NCBI GenBank assembly: GCA_051294375.1
Contig: CM119266.1
Span: 26,509,387-26,573,386 of the forward strand
Length of the DNA: 64,000 bases
Direction: 5' to 3'
DNA from: Paraspadella gotoi
Lineage: Eukaryota > Animalia > Chaetognatha
Position 1 is the first letter of the stretch. Each line of letters starts with the position of its first letter. The notes beneath the pieces were generated by a model. It worked only from the letters and a program-made list of their open reading frames with translations. It had not been told where the DNA came from and made no database searches. A program made the translations under genes and the position numbers. This document shows positions 41,626-53,978 of this stretch, piece after piece.

Positions 41626-43227
41626 AGAGAATTAGAATGCCGTTCATCGGCTTGAGGGAATGATACCCATCTCTTTTAGCCAGAATCAACTACGTTGAAT
41701 AGATAAAAAAAGAAACATGTTCTGGAAATTGGTAATTCCAAAAAAATCTGGACGCAGAGAAAAGGAAAGTGAAAAAGTGGAAGATGAGGAAGGAGAAGTA
41801 AATCGACCGGGAAAATAAGGAAATCACGTGACGGTTGACCCGGGAAAGGAAGGGGGTGGCATTTGTGGGAGCGGGAGGGAAGTTTTGGGGGGGGGGAGGT
41901 TGGGGTGGAGGAGGGATGTAATGAGGGGTTGTCGCCGCGGGTTTTTCGTCACTTTGAGTCGGGAATTCCGAGGATGAATCGGAAGAGCCTCGGCACGGCC
42001 TCTAACACCCCGACGGCGAAGAGGACGAAGAAGACGAGGAAGCCGAAGATTTTGCCGACGCGGGCCACGGCGCCCGACGGCCGCTCGTAGACGGTCTGGT
42101 ACGTCTTCTCCAGAGTCGACGGGTCGCTCCAGTTTCCCGAGTCCGCCATCATCACCATCACCTTGGGCTTCTGCTCCTGCTCCTCCTCCTCCCCCTCTTC
42201 CTCGGGGACGGAGGGATCCTCCGACGCCTCGCCCGACGTCGTCTGACTGTTGCTGTTTTGTTTTTTTTTTCGGTTAATTGTTTGTTTGTTTGTTTGTTTG
42301 TTTGTTTTTGAGGAGGAAGGAAGACCGAGGAGGTGTGGGGTTGTTTTTGAAAGAGAAAGGCGAATTAAAAATGAAATGTTGGCAAAAATTCAGTGAATAA
42401 TAATAAAAAATAACAAATAAAATAAATTAAAAATAAATCTTTTTTCACAGCGACTTATTCCTATCATCCATTTGCTTCATGTGAAAAAAAAATGTATTTA
42501 TTTATTTTTTTTTTATTCGAACATTAAAAATTTTGAATATCAATATCGGCACAGTGTAATCATCCGGATTCGGAATGCCGGCACAGTGCAATCCGATTCA
42601 TTCGTCGAATGGGACAACAATCATCTCATGAACCGCTTTTTCAGACTTTTCGTGTCTGGCGTTGGACCGAGACGTCGCGGTCGTCGCTTAACGTCGAGAA
42701 CCCAATCGATTTCAAGGCAAAAGTTGTTATCGGGTGGCGAAGGGTCGTGGGTTGACAAAGCGAATGCAACGACAACGAAAACGAAAAAAAAAATCGTACG
42801 ACAAAAAAACGTTAAACAAAAATAAATAATAAAACAAAAAACAATGAAAGATCAAAAATATCCTCGAATTTTAGTCATGCGTCTTTGCCGGGAGTTTTGG
42901 AATTAAATCAGAGGGAGAAAAGTTTTTTTTTGAAAAGCGTCTCGACGCCTCTCTATATAAGACGTTTCAAGATTCGTGCATATGCCAAGTATGGTTCAAA
43001 TTAAATTCCTAGATTATTAGATTTAGAAATACAATTTAAATAGGTAAACTGATTTTAGCCACATCTTTGGTCTTACTGTTTTCTCATTTTACAAATATTG
43101 GTAACGAAGTTTTCGAACCTTTTGTAAATCAAAATCAAGATAAGTAAGCCTTTTTTTACTAATTAAGGTTCGAACCCGTAACTTTCTCGGCGTAACGTTA
43201 CCTGACTTCCGTCATCGTGGTGTCCAT
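39469..43227 (-). CDS. Microprotein with a C-terminal TM segment, isoform B (90 aa). Exons 43227-43202 and 39715-39469
   Basis: A phase-2 donor after MDTTMTEV(S) fits the acceptor ccccgcag|C at 39715. The terminal exon is homologous to the one at 41949-42252. Joining to the shared first exon is inferred. Confidence 0.6.
41567..41622. repeat. (GA)n microsatellite; others at ~46844-46880, 50810-50878, 53945-53974 and 59120-59212, plus (GTC)n at 58781-58815
   Basis: Read directly from the sequence. Confidence 0.95.
41949..43227 (-). CDS. Microprotein with a C-terminal TM segment, isoform A (109 aa). Exons 43227-43202 and 42252-41949
   Basis: ATG at 43227, donor AG|gtaacg, acceptor aaacag|C in the same phase. 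Acidic N-terminus, then TLEKTYQTVYERP, a TM segment and VPRLFRFILGIPDSK. Confidence 0.65.
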
Positions 43228-45274
43228 TTTTCGGGGATGACGGCCTTCGTCAGCGGAGAAAATTCGACTTCGAATTCAGCGGAAATTCGCCGGAGACTAG
43301 CTGCGATGTGGATGTCCTGATTAATTAAATTTCATATTTAATTGGAATATAGCTTTAATTTCATTGAATTGAGAAGTCAGAAATTTCAAGAAGAATCATA
43401 TCAAGTCTAATCTTTTAAACATTTCGATTATAAAATCGATATTTATACTGATTTTTAATGAGTGCAATTCGACGAGCTCGAAACTTCGTATGCCCTGTTG
43501 TCACGTGATTAACGATGACGAATCTCGGTTATCACGTGATCTAATGAGCCGTCGTGCTCGCGCGAGGACGGTCGGATTGCAAATTGCAGAGTAAAGTGGA
43601 AGAAGAGCGTCCGATCGCTGGACACAGGACAGTGACATGGAGTGTCTACGTAGATTTTCTTTCTTGTCATAACCTCATCGCAGAGGAACCAAGACTCCAG
43701 AATTATAGGGTTTTTTTATGTTTAACGCATTAATATTTGTAGCTTTTTTGCTTTTTGTTGCATACTTCCAATCAATCAATCTTTGATAAAAGTGAAAACA
43801 GTCCAATAAAATAAAAAAACTAATGAAATAATGAGAATTAAATTTTTTAAAGTTTTTTAAAATTGAATTTTTTTTTTTGAACTGGCAAAAAAGAAATTAA
43901 TATATATAGAAAAGACAAGATTTTGTAGGTCACTCACTAAATGGAACAGTCAGAATACGCAGCCAGATACACGCGCAGTCGGCTTAATTTGTGGGATTGG
44001 ATTTGCTGACAGCTCAACCAGCGAAAGTTCGCAAATCGTGACAACTGATGAATTGCTCTTTTCTGGCGACACAAAATCTCTGCCAATGACCTCGCATTTC
44101 GTGATGAAAACTTCAAGTAGGAAGGAAGATCCAGGGCGACTTTAAAAGCGATACAATCTTTCATTTATCGTTTATTCTCATTAAAATTACAAACGCATGA
44201 GTATATTTTGAATTATGAAACTTTAAAGTAATCAGCGTTTATTTCTCTCACGACCGAACGAAACTCACTGGATTATCTTTTGATGACGGAAGAGAAGTCG
44301 CGGAAGAGAGAAGTCATTCCCTCCCGGGAATCGAACCACTGACGGAATCGATGTCCCTCGATGGGTTTTTTTTTTCCCGGGTTCTTTTTATTTACTTTGT
44401 TCATTTAGTTTTTTCCTTCTTTCCATCCGACGACCTCGAGGATGACGATCGGGTTTGGTTGAAGTGTCGACGCTGGCTCGTTACCAGTCTTACGGTTCCA
44501 AGTTAAAAACGTAATATCCGATTAGTTTTTATTATTCGGCCTTTTAATTAAATCCTTTATGCGTTTTCTCGTTAGGGTTTATCGTGACCTGCGTTTAATG
44601 TTTAATACGGGGCCCCGCGGCCCCAGTGGCAAAATGGCGGATTATTGTGGCAGAGAGAATATAAAGACGCTTTCCTTTTTTATTTCGTCGCTCTTTCTCT
44701 CTTTTTTTTTAATTCGTGATGGTTACCTTTTCTTGTAGCCGTTTTTATTCGTTAAAAGCGGTATTTTGTGGCGTCGTCGTCGTTGAAAAACGATCTCGCG
44801 GGCCAAGGGAAGTACGTTTGAAACGGAGAAGGCTTTTGTTAAAGTGAGAAGAGAATATTTCCCATTATTCTATCCTTTTGCGTTTCGTTTGCACACGATT
44901 CTCACGAAGCACATTCGTTTTTTTCTTTCTTTCATTTCGCGAGGAAAAAGGTGCATCGACCGAAACGGAGGAAGGAGGAGGAAGCGTTCCCGAGAAACAA
45001 AAGGGAAGGGGAAGAGGAGGAGGAAGACATCCGGAGGAAAGGATAAAGGGAAGGCGCTCGAGGAGGAAAGGAAAGGAGACTGGCTTTGGTAGGGAGGAAG
45101 AGGAGGAAGAGAGAGAGAGAGAGAGAGTGGCCCGGGCAGGAATCCTAGTTGTTTCGGCATCGAAAGGCGTCTCATGAAGACGATTCGAACCTGATGAATG
45201 AAAGGTTTCAGAAAGATACACCCAAATATAGATGAATGAGTAGTGAATAGAAATTATCTCTTAAAGGAAATCAG

Positions 45275-45480
45275 TTTAAAGGAAAGTAAAGGAATGGCAT
45301 TTCGTTCAATGAGGGACAAGCCTCTCTGCTCGGAGATCCGAACAGGCCAAGTCATTATCATGTTTTTTTAACAGAGGCGAACAAACTGGCGAGGAACTGC
45401 CCCAATTACGAGTCAACTGGCGCAACGTGTGGGAATCGAACCGGGAACCTTGGCAAGAAGAGCGGGGCCTCGCGTCGTCC
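45275..45480 (-). mobile_element. Degenerate tRNA-derived SINE
   Basis: The minus strand has a B box (GGTTCGATTCCC), a SINE-core-like 'ttgggcag...gcctctgt' and a 'cctttactttccttta' tail. No complete cloverleaf. Confidence 0.45.
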
Positions 45481-46839
45481 GTTTGAAGTCATTTTGTTTT
45501 AAATGTAAAAAACAATTATTTTCCATAGAAATTTACTAGTGAAAACTTTCAATTTTAGTAAGATCACAAAAGAATTGACCCTCACTCAAAAGGTGTAATA
45601 CTTGTAAAAAAATTAACAATACCACATGATTTTTAATTTCTGTTAAGGGCGAGTATTTTATTTTTAATGGAATAATTTAAGAATTCAATTATTTTTTACC
45701 TCTCAGTATATTGTATGTATATATAATTGAGGAAGAAAAATAACAAAAACAAAGTTAGCTTTAAAAAGATTATAAAAATATGAACTTATAAATATAATAA
45801 TGATAATAATTTATATGTAAGCAAATAATTGATTTCTTTTTAAGAAAATTTATCTTTTTATGATGTTAGAAATATCTGGAAATTCTAAGCCTAAGATAAC
45901 CTTTATAGTTAACTTAAGGCGCTGACAAAAGTAGAGAAAGTGTAACTTATTAAGTTATTAATGGCAGGAAGCCAGGCGGACTGCGAGCCGGGCGGCCCGC
46001 CCAGTAGGGAAGATACTTCAAATGAATTTACGCGAATCTCTCCTAACATAATTTTTCATTATTATTATTATTATTCCAAATTCAAATAAATTATTAACAA
46101 AGGAGGCAAACCCTCGTATTGACAGAAAAGCTTTCATAGCCATAAAAATTTGACGAGAAAGAAAATTAAAAAAAAATATTAATCTGGGTTTATGACGTCA
46201 CCAGTGGTGGACGCGTGTGACGCTCAAGCCTCGGAGAGATTCGTCACGTCACGAGGATCACCCGGGAAAATTATTGGGATGTGGATGACCGCTTATGTAT
46301 ACTATAAATTTTTTAAAAAAATTTTTATTAACTTGAACAATTAGAAATATATATAATATATACGTACATGTATTACATGTATTAAAAAACCTTAAAAGTT
46401 AGTAAATGAAAAAAAAATCTAAGTTATGATTAACTTTGATCTCGTATATAATTTTAAAGAGATTCGAACATTTAAGGCGTGCTGCGAGGAGGCGGCCTCG
46501 ACAAAGACCTCGAACTCCCGCGGCTTAAAGGCTCGACCCCGAATCGACGGGCCACTCGGGGCACGAGGCCTCCTCAGCGCGCGATTAAAATTGGATGGGA
46601 GAGTGGCTAAGGGGAAGTGGTGTCCAGGACCCCAGCGGAAAAGAGATTGACAAAGAAAATTCCCTTTGATCCCCGATAATTAAGACATAAAAGAATCGTG
46701 CTCGACTGTAAAGGAGTCGAATAATTCGTTCCAATTCGCGTGTAGAACGATGATCGGTGGGTGGGCTGTTGGGACCGCGACGGGTGGATGCCGCTCGGGT
46801 GTACAACGGTCAGTTATCAGTTATCCCTGCCCCCAATCC

Positions 46840-46882
<43 letters not shown>

Positions 46883-47439
46883 TTCGTCTTTTCCCTTTTC
46901 TGTCCTGTCTTGCTTATACAACTCCCCGGTAAATCAAACAGCGTCTTTATCCAAGAAAGAAATCGGAAGTTTTTTTTAAAAAAAAGAGAGAAAAAGAAAA
47001 AGAAATTGCAAAATGGATGAAATTAACTCGTTAAAATTTTGGCGGACTTTATCATTTGATTATGATTAAAAATTTGAACAAATGAGAAATCGTCATTTTC
47101 ATTTTCTTTCAAGGAAATCTCCGAAGACGCCGATGAAGACGATGACCGCCAGCAGGAGACTAAACAGTCGTAATTAAGGGCGAGCTCGCCCCCAAAAGGG
47201 TATCGAGGTGGGAAGCCCCTACCGTCACACAACCCTTCCTTTTCATCATCATCATCGTCGTCGTCGTCGTCCACCAACTATCTTCCTCTTCCGCTTTTCT
47301 CTCGCATAATCGATGTCCCTCACCGATCCTTTATTTTTTTGTATTCCTTATTTGTTAATAATTGAAACATATTAAAAGACAAAATTCGTCAACATTTTAA
47401 ACTCGAAATTAAAATCGCGTCGTTGATTCAAATTTTCTG

Positions 47440-50400
47440 ATGGACCGGCGAATTTTAAAGATCGAATATTTACTTCTTTCTCTTTTTCTTCTCAACGCCG
47501 AGGTAAGTTTTCTTTTTCGTTAAAAAAAATATATATGTACAAATCTTAATTTATATATTTGATACTTTACCGTTGACGCGAATCAGGCGAAAATCGTCGT
47601 CGTGGAAAATTCCTCTTCCGCCGACGACGATGGCAGCGGAGACTTTGAACTCTGTACGTATGGACTCGGAATCACAATCGATCACTCGGATCGATTAATC
47701 AATCACAATCACTCAATCGATCTAAAACAAACAGCGGTCGTTAAACTGTTTTTTTTTATTACGATAAGCGTAAAAAATAAGAAATTAATATCTTAAAAAT
47801 TTATGAAATAAAAAAAAATTGAAAAAAAAAAAAAATTAAAACACGACGCCATTTTATCTCGACAGATTCAATGTACAACGCAACGACGGCAGCGCCAACT
47901 GACGGCCATGACAAAGGCGACGCCGACAACGCCGACAACGCCGAGTCTCTCGAAGGCGCGTTTTTGTTCGTCACGACTTCGGCGACGCCCAAACAAGACG
48001 ACGTAGAGACAGCGTCGTTTGAAAAGGGTGTCTCGGCGACAAATTCGGCGCCGATGATTACGACGACGTCTGGGAAGTCGGAAGGTGAGTCGCCGATTCA
48101 TGAAAATTTTAAAAATCAATATTTAATATAAAACTCTCAAATTGATTTAGGCAAAAACTCGAAAACTCTGCGCCTTCCCGATTTGGACCCGACGTTGGAA
48201 CACGTGACTGTCATGCCGACCATCGGCAACGACGACGACAACAAAGATATCAAAAGCAAATATGACGGAGTGGAAGAGAACAAAGAAGACGATGACAAAC
48301 TAAAAAAAGTGAACAAATCGGAGGATGATAAAAATAAAGAAGAAAAATCTGACGTCGATAAGGCAGAGGACGACGACGAAAAACCGGAAGACGAAGAAAA
48401 AGATTCTGAGAAACAAAAAGTTGAAAGCGACATCTATGTTGATAAAACGGAACCAGGGACGTCGAAACCGGAACATAAACCGAAGAAAGAAGACGCCGCC
48501 GAAGCAACCGAAGGCGACGCTACACCGTCAGGTGGCGCTGACGTCGAAGGGGCAGGGACGAGGAAAGAAAGCGTTCCGCCTCCGGAGGCAACGACGACGA
48601 CGACGGTGAAGACGACAACGACGACGACTCCTCCTTTACCACCAGTTTGTCCTGACGGAATGAAAATCATAAACGGATCTTGCGTTGGTGAGAAAGAGGA
48701 ATCCTGGAGAAAAGTCAATTCATATCTACAATCAATTAATAAATCTATTTTAAATTCCTCCTTCAGACATCGACGAATGCGATCGGCCAACGTCTCCCTG
48801 TCGGGACCCCCGCGCGCATTGCGTCAATTCCGTCGGGTCCTTCGTTTGTCAATGTGACGATGGATTCCGGGCGAAGATCGACGAGACGGGAGAATCAAGA
48901 TGCGAGGGTGAGTTAGGTCTTCAGACGTCACACTACCCCAGCAACGGTAGCCACCACATAAGCAATCTTTTCCTTTGCCAACCTCAAATAAACAGACTCA
49001 GATTATATCAATTATATTAAAAATGTAATATCCCAAAACATGCTCAAAAACGAGTAACGGAGAAATTGTTTCATAATAACAAAGGTAACAACATTGAAAC
49101 TATAAACGTAACAGGTGGACAAAAAAAGAAACAGCCAATTTAATTCCTAAAGTTTCAGGGAAAGATTATAAGTTTTTTTCTCTCTCACAATTCACAACAA
49201 AGTTGTCGTTTTGTCCTCTCGTAGCGAGTTTGAGTGAAGTGAGGACGCGGATTCTTCGGGAATCACGTCGACGCTGAGATCGAAGCTCTTTTGTTTGGCG
49301 GAAGCGAAAGATTTTCTACGCTTGTAAAGATCGCTGTTGGATGGTTCCTGGAAAATAAATATAATTAAATATATATATATATCTATTTGCGAGTTACAAT
49401 AAAAAAATCGGTAAAATCAAATTTAGAAACATTTTAGTCAACAATACTCACAGAAACAACCATACTATAAAATAACTAATAAATGATCACGGCAGCACCA
49501 TAATACACAATTGAAGGGAAATATTTAGCCAATACAAATTGAAATACGCTGTTGAAAGCTTGTAGTGTAGATTGTAGATTTATATGAGCCGAGTTGATGG
49601 AGCTGAAGCAATATAACAATAAATGGCCAAACACAATTTTTTGATAATGGAGATGGGATTTTCTTTTCACAGTAAATTTTCTCAAATTTGAAACTTTGCG
49701 TACTATAAAAACATTACTAGAACCCTTTTAAAATACATTTAATATATCATGTCTAAAAGGTTTTTGGTTCACCGTAACATTTTCGCAATAAAGCATCTCA
49801 TTATCCCATATCTTGCCTCACCTTCACCAATTTTAAACTTTATTTTGGCGTTCACTAAAATAAAAACAAATTAAAGTAAAATAACTTTATATCACAAAAA
49901 TAAGTTGCCAAAAACACAATGCCAAGAACCCAATAATCTTTTTTACCATCGTCTTTGATTCAGAAGACAAAAATTTTCCTAATATTTATCACTCATTCTC
50001 TCATTTAAAAAAAAAATGTAATTGAATTTATTGCCAGAGTTGACGTGATTTTTAAATGATTATAGATATTGCTAAAATTTAAAAATGTCGTGAATCGTCT
50101 CACCAAAGGAAAGACGGTTTTGGATCCTAGCGAGTTGCTTCTCCCGCGATGCTCGACCAAGTCGCTCCCGTCAGTGCTACGGTCTTCGCTGCTGGCCAGA
50201 TCCCAAAGACCGAATGACACGTTCTTCCCGCTTCGCTCCCGCGGTTCCATCGTCAACTCGTTCGTCGACGCCCCCACTCCTTCGAATTCTCCGGAGAAAC
50301 TCAAACGACTACCGAAGAAGCCTCGGGGATCGTCGAGATAATACTGCAGGATGGTCGGGGATTGGGGGGAAGGAAAAAGGAGTGGGGAACAAGAATCGGT

Positions 50401-50838
50401 CACCAGGTTCAATAAATAATAGGCACGTGAATGTTAAATTTACTCATACAAATACATATAAATACACACTACGACGACGACGACGACGAAAGGACGACCT
50501 TCCCGAAGATTTCAAAGTTTATTTCGGGACGGAAAAAATTTATTTTTTTCTGGGAAATATAAAAAAACTAAATTAAATATCAACATAAATTGATCCAAAA
50601 TAAACAAAACGAGCATGCGGGCAAAACGACGTCGGGAATTACTAGCGATAAAAATTGGCGAAGGACTAGCGGAGGCGGAGGCGGAGGGAAATGATGAATT
50701 GATCATCACAGACAAAACAAAGGCCATTTCCTATAACTTTTTTTCCCGCGTGACTTTAACGGCTAGAAAAACTTTTTTTCCCCATAGCATTTTTTTCTTT
50801 CATATGTCAGCTCTCTCTCCTCTCTCTCTCTCTCTCTC

Positions 50839-50881
<43 letters not shown>

Positions 50882-53800
50882 CCCACCTGCCTGGACCACT
50901 CCTCGTCCTCGAAAATCTCCTTCCATTCCTCCTTCCTCTTTTTGTCCCACGACAAAACGACGCAGGACAAAGGAATCCAGAAGAAAGCCGTAAAAATCTA
51001 AGACAAATATATTAAGACTCGATATTAAAGCTCTCGTTTAATCCGATTTCGCAAAAAGGCGAACGTGATTGAGACCTGAACGAAGAGAACGATGTTGTCA
51101 CGCAGGACGACGACGAACTCGTTTTGGACGAAATACTGGAAGTAGCGTAGAACGCGGTCCCTCGTGTGACGCGTCACGCAGACCCCGGCCTCGCAGGCGC
51201 CCGCGCCGCATGGCCAACCGTCCGTGTGGGAGATGTTCTGTGGGAGAGAAGGGGTCGCGGACGTTTAGTGACCAGAAGGCGGTTCCCTTCTTTTCCTCAT
51301 TTTAAAATATTTGGCATATTGTCTCACTTTCATTCAAGCACCTTAAATTCTGGGCTAGGTTTACACCCTCTGCCGTCGTTGCAGCAAATACTGCAAGAGT
51401 CTTTCGTCTCGTTGCAGACGCAACTCGAGCGTCCGATCGATTCGCAGTACCACACGCACATCCCGTCCGCGTTGCACGTCCCTTCGAGGCACGGAGACCC
51501 GGCCGGGCGTGGCGTTGGCCGACCGCAACGGGCGTCAACGCCGGTGCAGTAGGCGGTTCCGTCGCAGGTACTGACGGAGGTAGAGTCGGCGCAGACGACG
51601 GAGGAAGAGGCGAAGGTGCAGGTGGCGGTGCAGCACACGTTATTGGCCGGACTGCACTTGGCGGAACGGGCTGGGTGGAGGATGGAAAAATTGTTTAAGA
51701 CATAATATGGACGTTCTTTGATTTTTTGTTTCAATCAACTCCAGCTATCTTTTCATAATCTATAACACGAGTCTCCCTATCCTATAAAATCAAGTCAAAG
51801 AAGAAATATTCATAAATTCTCAGCACTTTGAGCTGCATCTCGCGACGAATTCAACAATGGGAAGCTCTCAATCCACACTCAAGTTTTGTCTCACAAGTCA
51901 CAACCTCCATTCACTCTCACACCTAAGATCCACAAAGGATCGTAAATAAGGTGGATAGGATAAAACTCTGGACCTCACTACCCAGCCAAAACAACATTAA
52001 AGATACTCATTACTCAATATTAAATATATTGTGGCGGTATATTCACACTGCCTCACTTCCACCATCGTTCAGCCAATCCCATTGGATCAGAGGTGGAAGG
52101 CAAGCGTTGCGTTCCATCCACTGTACTAACGACTTCCCTCTGCGTTGGCAAAGCGACACCGTCCTAGGGTAACCGCGTCAGGGACAGGAGGCGTCACTGA
52201 GGGTCAATGGGCATCACAGGCAACCCGGCTGTTGCCATAATATATCACCAATATAAGGTGGATAGCTTAAAATTTCACGAGGCCTCGCTTCTCAGCCAAA
52301 ACGATTGCAACCCCGCCTCACATCTGTCGAGCCGGCATCCGCTGCAGCAGGGATCCTCCTCCTGACCCGAGTCGCACTCCTCGCCCTTCTCGACGCGGTG
52401 ATTCCCGCAGTAGGTGAAGTCTGCCTTCACGAAACAAGCGGATCCGTCGTCGAGCCTGCGGTGGCGCCTGGCGGAGAGCGTCTCGCCGATGTAGCTTTTG
52501 CTGGAGAAATATAGGATGTTTAAGTTGTTTTTAACTTGACGACCACTAAGGATTTTAGCAATGCCTAGTATCTCCCAGCATCTCCATGCAAGCTGGTGAC
52601 TTCCCCGACAAGTCCATTACCCAACCACGTGCCCACCTGCAGCTAGAGAAATATTCGTTGTTCCGGTAGTGACCCGTGACGCTGTACATGTGCATGATGT
52701 AGTGACCTCCCGGATCGTGTATGCATTTTTCGGGGTCGTGTTCGGAGCCCCAGCCGTGACCCATTTCGTGAGCGACTACGAGGTCTGCTTCTTTGGTGAT
52801 CAGGCGTCTGCCGGCGTAGTTCATGGAGGTACTGAGACCTGAAATTCGGGGTTGGAGCATCTACTGCAGAGTGCTCATATAACTCTGATTTTCTGTACTA
52901 GTCTTATGATTTTAGTTTTTTAACGATTTTAGATAGAAAGATACATCGTCAATAATATTAATGGTGGACTAAAATCCACCAACCGTTCATCAGCGGCCAT
53001 TGGTGCCGGAGGCAAGTCATTCGCCTCCCAACCCAAAGGTCCGGGGTTCTAGCCCGTGGTCGTCTGGCAGTTAAGAGGGACGGGGCGCTTAACCCGCCTG
53101 TAACATGGTGTTACAGCCTGATCCAAAGCTCAGGGACTGCTTATATTGAACGGTTTCTGTCATTAACACTTATCAATAATTACTGTTCTTCATTGGTGAG
53201 CCCGACTTCCGACACAAACAGCAACAACAACACTTTCAGGCGACATGCCTCAACCTGGCGATGCAATTTCCGCCCACAACACATCAGGCGACATGCCTCA
53301 ACTTGGTGATGAACTTTCCAACAACAACAATTCACTGAAGAGACGCAACAGACTTCTTCCCTAGGAGGGGGGATGTATGGTGGACTAAAATCCACCAACC
53401 ATTCATCAGCGGCCATTGGTCGGGAGGCAAGTCATTCGCCTCCCAACCCAAAGGTCCGGGGTTCTAGCCCGGTGGTCGTCTGGCAGTTAAGAGGGACGGG
53501 GCGCTTAACCCGCCTGTAACATGGTGTTACAGCCTGATCCGAAGCTCAGGACTGCTTATATTGAACGGTTCTGTCATTAACCCTTATCAATAATTACTGT
53601 CTCTTCAATATATGATTTTATTTATTTTTGTTAAATATTTTTGTGTTAAATATTTAAATAGATTATTTTTTATCTGTTTGGCATGGGGACGTCAGTGTTA
53701 TCTTCTGGAAATATGTGAGATAAAAAAATTCAAATTAAACGTGGAATCGAAAATATTAATTCGTTAATTTTACACACAGATATTGTATTATTTTCTCTCT

Positions 53801-53943
53801 TTTCGTTGCTAAGTGAATATTAGGAATTGTTTATTGTTTGCCAATACAACGATTTTTATTGTCATAGTACATGTTTCGACTCTGTTGATTCGAGTCTTCA
53901 TCAGCTTTGAAAAACATTATCAAAAATGCTCTACACATTAAGT

Positions 53944-53978
<35 letters not shown>

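Noticed and set aside
43213-43317. BH3-like peptide IAASLRRISAEF in the minus-strand exon upstream of the microprotein ATG
   Set aside because: It lacks the invariant Asp, no start codon or upstream coding exon was found, and the frame stops within the exon. Most likely 5' UTR.
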